NCBI RefSeq assembly: GCF_004010195.1
Contig: NC_057747.1
Coordinates: 3,478,345-3,542,344, forward strand
Reading direction: 5' to 3'
From: Chiloscyllium plagiosum
Lineage: Eukaryota
DNA: 64,000 nucleotides
Position numbers and translations under genes: made by a program. This document shows positions 37,465 to 50,235 of this stretch, in pieces (the first letter of the stretch is position 1; each line of letters starts with the position of its first letter). The notes beneath the pieces were generated by a model. That model was given only the letters and a program-made list of their open reading frames with translations. It was not told where the DNA came from and did not search any database.

Positions 37465-37635
37465 ACAATTCCAACATTTAAAAGGCATCTGGATGGGTAT
37501 ATGAATATGAGGGGTTTGGAGGGATATGGGCCAGGTGCTGGCAGGTGGGACTAGATTGGGTTGGGCGCTCTGGTAGGCATGGACGAGTTGGACCGCAGGG
37601 TCTGTTTCCATGCTGTACATCTCTATGACTCTATG
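37465..37635 (+). mobile_element. CR1 LINE 3' tail
   Basis: catttaaaaggcatctggatgggtatatgaat...gtctgtttccatgctgtacatctctatgactctatg. Confidence 0.82.
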
Positions 37636-39870
37636 AAGCAAAGGTGGCAAAATAAAGCTGAGGTATCGATCAGCTAAGGACAGCATTGAAATAATCTCAA
37701 GGGACTGAGTACCTCACTGCTCCTCCTAAGCAGCTCAGGGGAGGGGGAGGGGGTGTGGGTGGTGGTGGTTGGGAGGGGTGTGGGGGGTGCTGCTGAATGG
37801 CATTCTTCTGTTTTGACGGTTCTAATGATTAAGCAGTCATGGGAAATCTCAGATGAGAGTTCTGCAGCTCCTTGATTTTGCATGGATTCAGTGCAACCTG
37901 CGCAATGCACAATACCTGACAGACTATACTGTGGAAAGCTGAATGCTGACGGGCTGGGCTGCATGAATCAGACACAGGTTCCAAAGACACTTTTCAGTGA
38001 TTTCGTGTCTGGAATGCTTGCAAAAATGTGACGAGAAAATCTCGATTTTACACTCACCAGCATATGTTGTTTGCAGAGGAGCAAATGAGGGAAGACAGGA
38101 AGAAGAGGAAAAGTTGTCCAAATACCAAAAGAGGGCACAAGCGAAAAGAACAGGAAGATAAAATTAAAGGAAAATCCCTCTGCTAGTTAGTCAGTGACCA
38201 CCTGGTGAGAGTGGAGTCCATGAATGAGAAGCCTAGATGAGAAGCACCTGAACAACAAAGGAAGAAATAATCCTTTCTTTTCGGTTCTGGCCTAACCAGT
38301 TAGTCAAATCGTCAATCCACATATTTATAAGATAAGGCATTGCTTTGTTACGTAGCTGCACCATATCATTTCAGACTTCAAACAGTCCCCTTTATGACAG
38401 AGTGCATTTACTGTCGCTTTTCTGATGGTTTGCGTCTAATTATGTGAATTTTAATAAAGCACTCTCATATTAACCTGACACTGACAACTGGACATTATTG
38501 AGTTTAACTCTTTGTCCGTCAGTTGTTCTTGTATCTTTGTGGTTCACTTATAATGTCATGGCCAGTTCATCTGCAGGAAGCCAGATTACTGCCAGTGTTA
38601 CAGTCAGTCGAGCTGCAGTGTGCTATGCAGTTGAGAAGTCATTGCAGGCTGCAAAAGGAAACCATCCAGGGTGCACAACTGCGAATGTGATTCCTTGTTT
38701 ATCCTGAGTTAGCTGATATTAGACAAAGCAGGGCAGAGGCAGAACAATTTAGCCTCTAAGCCCTGTGGCCACCCCTTTCTCAGTCACTCTTCCGTAATTT
38801 TTTGTGTGCAATAGATGCTGATTAAGCGCAAGAGGTGGCTCAGAGTGATGCTGGATGTGAACAATTGTGGATATGTAATCTGTAATATTGCACTTTTTGA
38901 AGTGATGGGGAGAGAATTACCTCCTGAAATGAATCTCTTTGGAGCTCCTTGTTTGGAATCAAGAACGATTTGCAATGGTGAGGGCAAGAAAATGCTGCAC
39001 AGCTACTTTTTTAAAAGTAGTTGCAATATTAGAAAAGCACAGCCAATTTGCACACAGTATATTCCCACAAATCGTCATCTGACTTCAAACAATCTATGAT
39101 CGTGGGGACTGGGATTAGACAGAAGGGTGCCATAATGATGAAGAGTTTCTGCCTGTGGGTCACAGGGTGCCTGAATAAGAAAGCACCCCTTCCCCAAGTC
39201 AACTAGGTGGGCACCAATGAGGGACGGCAGAGGGTGGAGGACCCACTGTCTTGCACTGCTGCTGTGTCATTTTACCACAGTGGAAAATGTGGAGGTCAGC
39301 CTTCCAGTCCATTGAGGTGATTAACCAATCACTTTTCAGCCTTTTCCCACAGCTTCTGGCTATTTGGCAGTGGGGGGGCCACTCCTGCCTCAATGGGAGA
39401 CCACATCGGGAGCCCCGGTAGCTTCCTGGAGGCCTTATGGGAGAGTTTCCTTCTTATTCAGACACCATGTGTCCCTTGGGGGCTGCTCCTCAGCAATAAC
39501 CAATGTTGCCCTCATCACAGTGCCACCCCACTGTGTACCCTCCATTCTGACCACTCCCCCTCCAGTACGCCCAGATCACACACACAGTTGGTAGAGTGGA
39601 GATATCCCTGTAGCAACCTCCATTCCCAGTTGCGAATGATTGCTGGATTCCTTAAAGTGACAGTAGTCCCGGCGGTAACTGTTTCATTGCCTGACCCAGG
39701 TAAATTGCAGGTGGAGATCCCACGGTATGCCAAGGTGGGATCACCCCCTCCAGCTCTGGCCTGCTGCCAGAAACCACACTGCAACTGCAAATTTCAGCTC
39801 ACAGTTTGCCAGCTAGCTATTATCTTCAAGGGCGTACTGCAACTGAGCCCAATTTTGTCCTCCTTTACTA

Positions 39871-40135
39871 GGATAGCATGATGGCTCAGTGGTTAGCACT
39901 ACTGCCTCCCGGGATCTGGGTTCGATTCCACCCTCAGGCGACTGTCTGTGTTGAGTTTGCACATTCCCCCCACATATGTGTGGGTTTGCTCCGGTTTCCT
40001 CCCTCAGCCCAAAGATTTGTAGGTTAGGTGGTTTGGCCATGGGAAGTTGAGTGTGTGGGTCTCAGTGGGATGTTCTTCAAAGGGTTGGTGTAGACTTGAT
40101 GAGCTGAATGGTCTGCTTCCACAGTGCAGTGATTC
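39871..40135 (+). mobile_element. HE1-like V-SINE
   Basis: TGGCTCAGTGGTTAGCACT...GGTTCGATTCC head and V-domain. Confidence 0.82.
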
Positions 40136-40145
40136 AATATGTATG

Positions 40146-40335
40146 AAGTTAAAAATCTCACAACACCAGGTTATAGTCCAACATTTTGAAGCACTTGGTT
40201 GTGTCGCAACCACCTGATGAAGGAGCAGCACTCCAAAAGCTAGTGCTTCCAACTAAACCTGTTGGACTGTAACCTAGTGTCGTGTTATTTTTGACTTTGT
40301 ACACCCCAGTCCAACACTGGCGCCTCCAAATCATG
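40146..40335 (+). mobile_element. Partial fold-back Penelope-derived element, family B, with a hammerhead-like core at 40211-40245
   Basis: AAGTTAAAAATCTCACAACACCAGGTTATAGTCCAACA is inverted against 40260-40298. TSD AATATGTAT at 40136-40144 and 40336-40344. Confidence 0.82.
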
Positions 40336-41324
40336 AATATGTATACTCCCCATGCTACAAACAAGAGTGATCCCTTTAATGTGACTCTCCCACAGGACAC
40401 GGAAGCTTGCAACCTCCACTTTGGCTGAAGGCACCTGATTTATTCTTTCCTGGTCTCTATGACTGAACCCACATTTTTATCCTCCATTATGCATGATGGG
40501 GTGAAGTAATCAGTTTGCTCCAATAATAGATTGTGTGAAAAGCAGAGTAGTTCTTGTTTACAAGCCCTATTAGACACACACCTTACTGATCCTGAATGAA
40601 CTGGGGCAGTTTGCTATTGAAACAACTGTACCATTGTTTATCAATACCTGAGTGTGAAAAAATGAAGTGGTTCTGTTCTTCTTCATCTGAAAGAATCATT
40701 TTACACAGAAAAGCTCACCCAAGTACCTCTGAATTTATCCATGAATTCATTGAGGCACCCATTTCCATTCATCTAACTGTCAACACACCCACGCACCCAC
40801 CTAACCATTTATTAATCCACCCAATATTCTATCTTGTCACAATCCATCCATAATCAATCTCAAATTATGCATCAAAACATTGGTGCATAAAACATTGGTG
40901 CAAAACATCAGCTCTCAATCCTTCACTTCACCTGGGCCAGCATTTGTTAATGATCCCTGATTTCCATGGAGGGGGCTATGATCAGTTGAGTTCTTGAAGC
41001 AGCAGGTCTAGGGGTGTAGAGACAACTACAGGTAGTGCAGTTAGAGAGGAAACTCCAGGTTTTTGACCCAGAGACAGTGAAGGAATGGCAGTATTTTCCA
41101 AGTCAGGATAACAGGTGGCTTGGAGGGAGTGTAGAGATGGTGGTGTTCCTATGTATGAGCTTGTGGGTTGAAAGGTGCCATCAAAGGAGTACTAGTGAGT
41201 TGGTGCAGGGTACCTTGTAGATGGTACACACTACAGATCATTGGTGAAGGGTGCTCATGATTAATATGGTAGAGAGGGTGTCAATCAATCCTGTTTTTTT
41301 GTGGATGGTGTTGAACCTATCAGA

Positions 41325-41560
41325 GAGGTAAAAACAATGACTGCAGATGCTGGAAACCAGATTCTGGATTAGTGGTGCTGGAAGAGCACAGCAGTTCAGG
41401 CAGCATCCAAGGAGCAGGCAAAAGCCCTTCATCAGGAATAAAAGCCTGTTATTCCTGATTTTATTCCTGATGAAGGGCTTTTGCCCGAATCGTCGATTTC
41501 GCTGCTCCTTGGATGCTGCCTGAACTGCTGTGCTCTTCCAGCACCACTAATCCAGAATCC
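41325..41560. mobile_element. Fold-back Penelope-derived element, family A variant
   Basis: Arms GATTCTGGATTAGTGGTGCTGGAAGAGCACAGCAGTTCAGGCAGCATCCAAGGAGCAG and its reverse complement. Perfect TSD TTGAACCTATCAGA at 41311-41324 and 41561-41574. Confidence 0.88.
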
Positions 41561-42114
41561 TTGAACCTATCAGATACCTATCCTTTTACTCACCAGACCA
41601 TTTCCTACCAACAAGGTGAACATTTTTGTGGTCATGGTACTAGACTAGCTATCCTCAAACTTTGGCCAAAACTCTGGCATTATGGGTTCAAATGCCACCA
41701 AGGCATTTGTTGGAACTTAAATTGAATTAATAAGATCTGGAATTAGAAACCGGTCTAATTGATAGCGATCTTGAAACTATCATAAATAGTCATAAAAAAC
41801 AATCTAAGTCACTGATCTTCTTCAGGACCAGACATTGGCCATCCGTCCCGGGTCTGGCCTACATGTCACTTCAGACCCACAGCAATGTGGTTGACTCTGA
41901 ACTGCCCTCTGAAATACCCCACGTAAATCATTCAGTTCAAAGATAATTCTTTGTAGGTGGGTAATAAATACTGGCTTCATCTCTGGCAATGCCCACTTTA
42001 CATGAGTAAATAAAGAAAAGCAATTTCCCACCTTATAATTTATTCATTCATGCATTCACTATCTACTCATTCACCTTTCAACCTACCCGCCCACTCATTC
42101 ACCTACCTTGCTTC

Positions 42115-42392
42115 TGATTCCCTACAGTGTGGAAACAGGCCATTTGGCTCAACAAATGCACACCGACCCTCCAATCAGGAGGGTAACCCACCCAGACCCA
42201 TTTCCCTCTGACTAATGCACGTAACACTATGGGCAATTTGGCATGGCCAATTCACCTAACCTGCACATCTTTGGACTGTGGGAGGAAACCCACACAAACA
42301 CAGGGAGAATGTGCAAACTCCACACAGACAGTCACCCGAGGCTAGAATCAAATCCAAGTCTCTGGCGCTGTGAGGCTGCAGTGCTTAACCAC
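42115..42392 (-). mobile_element. HE1-like V-SINE
   Basis: Same family, reverse strand. Confidence 0.85.
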
Positions 42393-42911
42393 TCTTAATG
42401 TATCTAGCCAACTATTTCACTAGCTATTACAAGTAAAGCCATAAATGCATTCATCCAACTCTATATTTTTAAATCCATTTCCCCATCTATCCATCCAACA
42501 CCTATCATTCCATCATTTAAGATAGAAGCAAGATAAGGTGGATACAGGAAAATTGAAATAAAAGCAGGAAGTGCTGGAGAAACTCAGCAAGTCTGGTGGT
42601 ATCTGTGGAGAGATAAACAGAGTTAAAATTTTGAGTCCAGATTAATGATTCTTCAGAATAGTTAATTCCGTTCCTTCTCACATCGACTCGATTGTTGAGT
42701 GATCATCTATTATGATCCATCCAACTTAATTAGCATCTGAAAGTCATCTAAAATCATGAATGTATGTGGAATCCTTCATGAACTGAGAGATGGTCTTTTA
42801 ATCCCTGCCTTCTATCCCTTTAAATTAGGAAAAATAAAGTTCTGAACTAGTCCGGTGGCAGTTCCATGAAAACACCAATGAATTCTCATCAAAGATCTGG
42901 CTGTCCTCAGA

Positions 42912-43340
42912 GTGCAGCTGAATAGGTTGGGACTGTTTTCCCTGGAGTGTCAGAGGTTGAGAGATGACCTTACGAAGGTTTATAAAATCATGAGTGGCAT
43001 AAATAGGGTGAATAGGCAATTCTTTTACCCAAGGCTTGGGAGTCTAAAACTAGAGGGCATAGGTTTAAGGGGAGAGGGGAAATATATAAGATGGACCCAA
43101 GGGGAAACATTTTCACACAGAGGGTGGTGCGTATATGGGATGAGCTGCCAGAGGAAGTGGTGGAGGCTGGTACAACTACAACATTTAAAATGCATCTGGA
43201 TGGGTACATGAATAGGAAGGGTTTAGAGGGATATGGGCCAAATGCTGGCAAATGGGGCTAGATTAATTTAGGATATCTGGTCAGCATGGTTGAGTTGGAG
43301 TGAAGAGTCTGTTTCCATGCTGTACAACTCTATGACTCCA
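42912..43340 (+). mobile_element. CR1 LINE 3' end
   Basis: LNRLGLFSLECQRLRDDLTKVYKIM..., with tail CTCTATGACTCCAT. Confidence 0.88.
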
Positions 43341-43645
43341 TAACTGCCTAAGTATCTTTAACCCATTTTTAGCCATGTTTCACTAGCCTGGGTGTTCTGG
43401 AACCTGAAGTATGAAAGGATTTGAGTCACATTTAAACTTTGCTGGCACAAATCATGTTGAAGTAAATGCAACAGTGAGTGAGTGACGAAGGAGAAGTCAG
43501 TCCATCTGTCACAACAACAACACTTGAAATCAAGGTGACAATGCACCTTTGAATGTTCCCTGTTCCCCAAATGCAAATGCTTTTTCCCCGCACTCTCTAT
43601 TTTCTGCCCTTTTTACTAAGATGGCAGATGAGCTAGCCACCTTAC

Positions 43646-43772
43646 CTGTCACAACAGGATAGCTCTGGGGTCCTGAAACGTTGGTCCCAAGGTCAGGAGT
43701 GGCTGCGGCTGAGAGGCTGCTTTTGACATCTTCCAATCCAGAGGCCAGGGCAGAGAGGGAATACTCATTAGC
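43646..43772 (-). CDS. pax2: Pax2-like exon (127 nt, phase 0->1): [42 protein letters not shown](G)
   Basis: Contained in ORF 43530..43850(-). Acceptor tttttctcAG and donor GTAAGG. Resembles recalled PAX2 [21 protein letters not shown]...YPVVTG, and is in frame with the neighbouring exons. Confidence 0.95.
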
Positions 43773-45422
43773 CTGAGAAAAACACAAACATGGTATAATG
43801 AAGAGAGTTTGGTTTGGATTTCCTTGTAAGTCACTTGCATCACATTTCATAATTTTATAATACTTCGGTTATTTTTTATTTAACTTTGTTTTTCTAATCA
43901 ATCAGTTCAGAGACGTTACTACACACCTCTGGAGCAGGTGGGACTTGAACCCTCATAACCATCGAACCGCCCCATAAAAATAACAGAAGCTTCATCTTTA
44001 TTTTTCCCAGAGTACACAGCTGGAAAATGACACTCCTTTTACATCCCATCAATGTGACTTAACAGAGAATCTAAGAGTGAGACACAAACAACAAAGAACT
44101 GGGGCAGAGACACAGAAAGTGACTGAAATTTCGAATGAGGTTTAGAGTGTAATATGTATCTAAGAATGAAATGCAGAGAATAACTGACCCTGGGAAGGAA
44201 ACACAGGGAACAACAGAGGCTTGGAGTCAGTTACAGAAAATTATTAACAGTGACCTACAAGAATATGCAGTAATTTGAATAAGGAATAGGAATGGGAATA
44301 GGCCACTCGATCCCTTGAATCTGCTCTACAAAGTGATAAGATCACAGTTGACCTGATAACTCCACATTTCTACCTATTTCTGATAGATTCAGGATAAGCA
44401 AACAGGTGTATCTGCCACTCCTTAAATATATTCAAAGATTCTATTTCCATTGACTTTTGAGGAATAAGAGTTTAGAAGTCTCACAACCCATGGAAGTAAT
44501 AAGACTGGCAATAAGAGACTGAATATTGCTGGAACAGCAAATATTTACTTATTCTTCAAGAGAATAGATGTTTTATATCTACTAAAACAGGGAGCATCAC
44601 TCCCAAAGAGATTTTACCTCTAAAAGTACCACACTCCCTCAATACTTAACCAGAGTGTCAGCCAGGAATTTGGGTTCAAGATGCTGGACTGGGCCTTGAA
44701 CCTCGGGAAGAAAGAGTTTGAGGTTTGAGTATCACTGGCATGTCACAGCAGCTGCCTTTATTGCTCACAGTAATGTTAAAATGGGATCTCAAAGAACAGC
44801 AAGTATCGGGTTGGCTTTAGTCTATCAGGTGAAGTGTTCATTTCAAATTCATTTGCTATAGAGTGGGAGGTCACAGATGAATCAAACACAAAATGAGGTG
44901 GAGGGGTCATCTCTGGAACCTGAGCTCAAATCCAGGTGACAGTAATGGGCAAAATGTCTTTGCTGCCTGACAGGTTTCTAAATGTGCAGCCTCAAGCCAA
45001 CAAAAAATCTTCAATGGCTTGGAGACAGTATGGTCTCCTGACAAAGGGTTCTGACCCATAACATTGACTTTCCTGCTCCTCCAATGCTGTCAGACCTGCT
45101 GTGTTTCTCCAGCTCCACATGTAAAGAATCTTCACTGATGACTATCAAAAGCAGAGCCAATTCCTCAGTCCAAAAGAGATAGTGGAGTCCTCCAGAAATT
45201 GAAATGGATTTAATTTTCAGTCCTTTACCTCCAACTTAAGATGACACTGACTTGAAAAGTTAATCTGTCCCCTTCTAAACTGATTACCATATTCCAGAAA
45301 TTATTTCACAAAGTCTCAAACAGCGAGGCCTCTGCTGGAGTGAGTTCTGTTATGCACGTTCAACTGTCACCCAGAAACTCAGGAGTTCAGGTTGACATGG
45401 CCCCTTGAAGTGGAGAAGATGT

Positions 45423-45727
45423 GGGTGGCATGGTGGCACAGTGGTTAGCACTGCTGCCTCACAGCGCCAGAGACCCGGGTTCAGTTCCTGCCTCAGGCGA
45501 CTGACTGTGTGGAGTTTGCACATTCTCCCCGGTTTGCGTGGGTTTCCTCCGGGTGCTCCGGTTTCCTCCCACAATCCAAAGATGTGCACGTCAGGTGAAG
45601 TGGCCATGCTAAATTGCCCGTAGTGTTAGGTAAGGGGTAAATGTAGAGGTATGGGTGGGTTACGCTTTGGCGGGTTGGTGTGGACTTGTTGGGCCGAAGG
45701 GCCTGTTTCCACACTGTAGGTAATCTA
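45423..45727 (+). mobile_element. HE1-like V-SINE, full length, low divergence
   Basis: GGTGGCACAGTGGTTAGCACTGCTGCCTCACAGCGCCAGAGACCCGGGTTCAGTTCC..., with tail CACACTGTAGGTAATCTAA. Confidence 0.92.
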
Positions 45728-45749
45728 AAGATCCATTTATGGCTTGGCT

Positions 45750-46722
45750 CACTGGAATTACAAGGTCAACATTGCTGGGTCCACTGTTTGTCATCATTTA
45801 TATAAATGGTTTGGATGTGAATATAGAACATATGGTTAGTAAGTTTGCAGATGATACCAAAATAGGTTCTGTAGTGGACAGTGAAGATTATCTCAGAGTA
45901 CAATGGGACCTTGATCAGGTGAGCCAATGGGCTGAGGTGCGGCAGATGGAGTTTAATTTGGATAAATGTGAAGTGTTGCATTTGGTAAGATAAACCAGGG
46001 CAGAGCTTCTACCATTAATGGTAGGGCCCTCGTAAATGCTGCCAAACAAAGAGACCTAGGGAGTGCAAGTGCACAGTTTCTTGAAAGTGGAGTTGCAAGT
46101 AGATAGGGTAGTAAAGAAGGAGTTTCACACGCTTATCTTCATTGGTCTGGACACTAAGTATAGGACATTGGTGAGGCCACCTTTGGAATATTGTTTACAA
46201 TTTTGGTCACCCTTCTATATGAAAGATGCTGTTAAACTTGAGAGAGTACAGAAAAGATTTACAAGAATCTAGACTAGAGGGTTTCAGCTATAGGGAGAGA
46301 CTGAATAGGCTGGGACTGTTTTCTCTAGAGCGTCAGAGACTGACGGGGTGACCTTACAGAGGTTTATAAAATCATGACGGGCTTGGATAGTCAAGATCTT
46401 TTTCCTTGGGTGAGGGAGTCTAAAACAAGGGGACAGAGGTTTAAGGTGAGAGGGGAAAGATTTACAAGGGACCTAAGGGGCAACTGTTTCACACAGAGTG
46501 TGGTGCATGTATGGAACAAGCTGCCAGAGGAAGTGGTGGAGGCTGGTAAAACTACAACATTTAACAGGCACCTGGATGGTATATGAATAGGAAGGGCTTA
46601 GCAGGATACAGGTCAAAGTTGGCAAATGGGACGAGGTCAGATTGGGATCTCTGGTTGGTGCAGGTGAGTTGGAACAAAGGGTCTGTTTCCATGCTATAGG
46701 ACTGTGTGGCGCTATGACTCTG
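45750..46722 (+). mobile_element. CR1 LINE RT C-terminal half to 3' end
   Basis: LLGPLFVIIYINGLD...VSKFADDTKIG...QMEFNLDKCEVLH and LVRPPLEYCLQFWSP. Confidence 0.92.
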
Positions 46723-47374
46723 TCCGAAGGTAGCCTCTTCCATTCTTTTCTCTCTATCTTTCCTTTGCTATTGACTTATGTCCTCTCCAGTCTCCAAAGT
46801 TTCATGGCCAATTTGGTCCCCAATAGACTGACAGTGAGGTGATCCCCTAAAGCAGTATTACCACCCAACCCTGTCATAATAATCCTGGATATGAGTACAG
46901 AATTCATGAGTGATTCAAAAGAAAACTTCAAACACCAACACTGAGAATCAAGTGATATATGGGACAAAGGAAGAGGAAGGATCGGGAGAAAAAGTGTAAA
47001 ACCAAAGGGTGATCAGAGAACATCAAAAACAGGTGGAGAACCAAAGGAGACTGAAGAGCAGAAATAAGGAAGTGTTAGAGGGAAGATACATAAAAATATC
47101 TGCAGTGTCATTGCACATTTTGTAATGATCCTCAAGTGGTGTGCTACCCCAAGTGACCATGTCGTGATAGGCCTCTTGCTGACCTTGCCTTGTCTCAATC
47201 AACAACATCTAACCCCTGATTTTCTCCTTCAACTGTCGCCCAGATGCTGGAATGCTCTCTTCTTAATGGCATTCAACTGCATAACAGTAATTCCCCAAAG
47301 CAAGGCTGGCTCTGAGAAGGGATAACATTGCGTACTGGAGTGTGGGGCGATGACTCATTGAATTTAAAAGCACG

Positions 47375-47965
47375 TCAGACTACATCAAGCGTCCATCCAG
47401 ATGAACAGTTACATCTCAAAGCTACTTTTACGAAGACCAACAAGCCAATTGTCCTCATGAATATTACATTAGATTGAGACTGATTCGCTTTTGCCTCCGC
47501 ATTCCAGACACATGGCTTTCTTTTTTCTCCACGTGCTCTTGTTCTCTCTCTAACTCGCTCTTTCAGTCTCCATGGCGGAGATTGCAAGTCATTTCCAATT
47601 CGTTGTGGTATTGATCTTTCACTGGGAATCAGTTTTCTAATTAGCTGCAAATTAGGCTTTCTACTGGGGGTAAGGCCTGTCCCTCTGATTTATCACTGGA
47701 GTAATTCAGTGCGATTGGAGGGAAATTAAAATGAACTCAATTAAGCAACTGGTTTGCTTTATGGGCTCGGATGGAGTTTCAGACGAAAAATTAATAGACT
47801 CTTGTTGTTTAATAGTCTAATGAAAGTAAATAAAGGTTATCCATTGTAATAAGGCAGCAGCTATAAAAAGTTGTATACGGCCACAGCCCTCATTTATGAT
47901 GCTGGAGATTCATAGTGACATTCCAATGTAATTTCTTTTGCATTAAGACAAACATTGTCCACATG
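47375..47965. promoter_or_regulatory. Candidate conserved non-coding enhancer in the pax2-like intron
   Basis: TE-free block with many TAAT/ATTA cores, Pbx-Hox-type TGATTTAT at 47686-47693, and Sox-like CATTGT. Conservation was not tested. Confidence 0.5.
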
Positions 47966-49191
47966 GGGCTTCACTTCAAAGGGGCAGTGTGTATTGTCAA
48001 AGCACCTCCTGCAAAATCCACTCGGCCAGACAGATTCTCTGAGTTACAATTCCCTCCTTTGAATACTGTGTATTCATTCAAGACACAATATCTGATCTAT
48101 ATGTGTGTGTACTGTACTTAGCTATTACTTTGTCAGGTCAAAGGTCAACATCAGAGATCTGCTTTTCCAAACGGTGATGAAAGCTTTTTAACAGAAATGC
48201 TATTCTCATAAATTTTCTGATTTTATTATACAAGCCCTAACATAGGGACAAAGACTCTGCCTATTTAGTCACAGGTAAGTTCTGGTTCCCACTTTTCTGA
48301 TCCTGATTATGATCAGAACTGTGAGATAAATCCAGGTGCCCCTGTAGTGAGAAGGAGAAATTGAGTCAGGATTTCTTGGTTCTCCAGGGATTCAGCATTG
48401 GAAAATGGCAGGATCAGCCATCTGTTTCAGAATGCACAGTTACCATTGTCAGAGAAACCTGGCCACAGAGTCAAATACTTCACAATTCAAGACACAAAGG
48501 GGCCTTGCCACAACTTAAAAAATCAAAGACTTTAGCAAAGGGTAAGAGGAGAGACAATATGTGTCAATGAACTGCTGGGAAATATTCTGTTAAACCTTTA
48601 ACTTTCCACAATGTTTCATCCCTTGACATCTCCCAGGAAAGTCAGGTACACTATTCTCATAATGAACTCTCACCATAAAACCTCTCAACATCTACTTTCT
48701 TACTATAAACACGCATGGATCACTAAAATGGGTGGAGGACTCTAGGCGCATTTATACTGGGTCTGTTCACAGTAATAAAGGCAACACATAAAACTAAGAC
48801 TACATGTGAATTATGATTGTGGCAAGTAAGCCTGCAAACATGTTACTGACTAGCTGCATGTCTCAGCAAGTGACCAACGTTTGTATGAAGTTAGCTCTGA
48901 TCAGCCTGACAAATCCCTGATCATAATGGATGCCCGTTCTTGATTGTCAGGTGCTGGCGGATTCAACAGATCATAATGAACTCAGACAAGTCAACACTGG
49001 TGAGTACAGAGAGGCTACTCCAGAGTAGACAAGCAGCAGAGCCATTTCTATAGAACACCAATCACTGCCTCAAAGATGTCTCTTCATGGTAGCACGATCC
49101 TCCTATCACCTGTAGTTGAGTTGTGGAGATGAGTCAAGGGCCAGGTATGGAGTGAATAATCCTTGTGTCCCTGCAGTCACTTGGTGGTTTT

Positions 49192-49527
49192 CATAGAATC
49201 CCTACAGTGCAGAAACGGGTCATTCAGCCCATTGAGTTCTTGTAATCTCTCCGAAGAGTATTCCACCCAGACTCACCCCATTCCTGTGGGCCTGCATTTC
49301 TCATGGCTAGTCCACCTAAGCCTGCACATCCCTGGACACTAGAGGCAATCTGACATGGCCAATCCACCTAGCCTTCACATCTTTGGACTATGGGAGGAAA
49401 CCAGAGTACCCAGAGGAAATCCACGCAGCCACAGGGAGAATATGCAAATTCCACACAGACAGTTGCCTGAGGCTGGAATTGAGCCTGGCTTCCTTGCGCT
49501 GTGAAGCAGCAGTGCTAACTGAGCCAT
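49192..49527 (-). mobile_element. HE1-like V-SINE
   Basis: Same family, reverse strand. Confidence 0.85.
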
Positions 49528-49579
49528 CAATGAACAGTTGATGGAACAACAAGGGAATGGATGCAGAACTAATGAGACA

Positions 49580-50235
49580 TAGACTTATAGAGTCATAGAC
49601 CTGTACAGCACAGAAATAGACCCTTCAGTCCAACTCATCCATTGGGTTGGGTGGTAGTACTGCTTTAGTGGATTAGCTTACTGTCGGTCGATTGGGAATC
49701 GAATTGGCCATGAAACTCTGGAGACTGGAGAGGAGATAGGTTAATAGCAAAGGAAAGAGGAAGAGAGAAAATGGAAGAGTCCTATAGCATGGAAACAGAC
49801 CCTTTGGTCCAACTCATCTGCATCAACCAAACATCCCAATCTGACCTAGTCCCATTTGCCAGCATTTGCCTCATATCCCTCTAACCCTACCAATTCATAT
49901 ACCCATCCAGATGCCTTTTAAATGTTGCAATTGCACCAGCCTCCACCACTCCCTCTGGCAGCTCATTTCATAAACACACCATCTTTGTGTGAAAAAGTTT
50001 CCCCTTAGGTCCTTTTTAAATCTTTCCCCCTCACCTCAAATCTATGTCCTCTAGTTTTGGACTCATCCGGGGAAAAAAAACCTTGTCTATTCACCCTATC
50101 CATACCCCTCATGATTTTATAAACATCTATAATGTCACTTCCCAGTCTATTCAATCTCTCCCCACAGCTCAAACTCTCCAATCCTTGCAACATCCTTGTA
50201 AATCTTTTATGAACCCTTTCAAGTTTCACAACACC
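49580..50235 (-). mobile_element. CR1 LINE 3' ends containing an inverted copy of 46620-46871
   Basis: KLERVHKRFTRMLQGLESLSCGERLNRLG; see findings. Confidence 0.82.

Noticed and set aside
45423-45495. tRNA-like sequences with A and B boxes
   Set aside because: They are SINE heads continuing into the V-domain, not tRNA genes.
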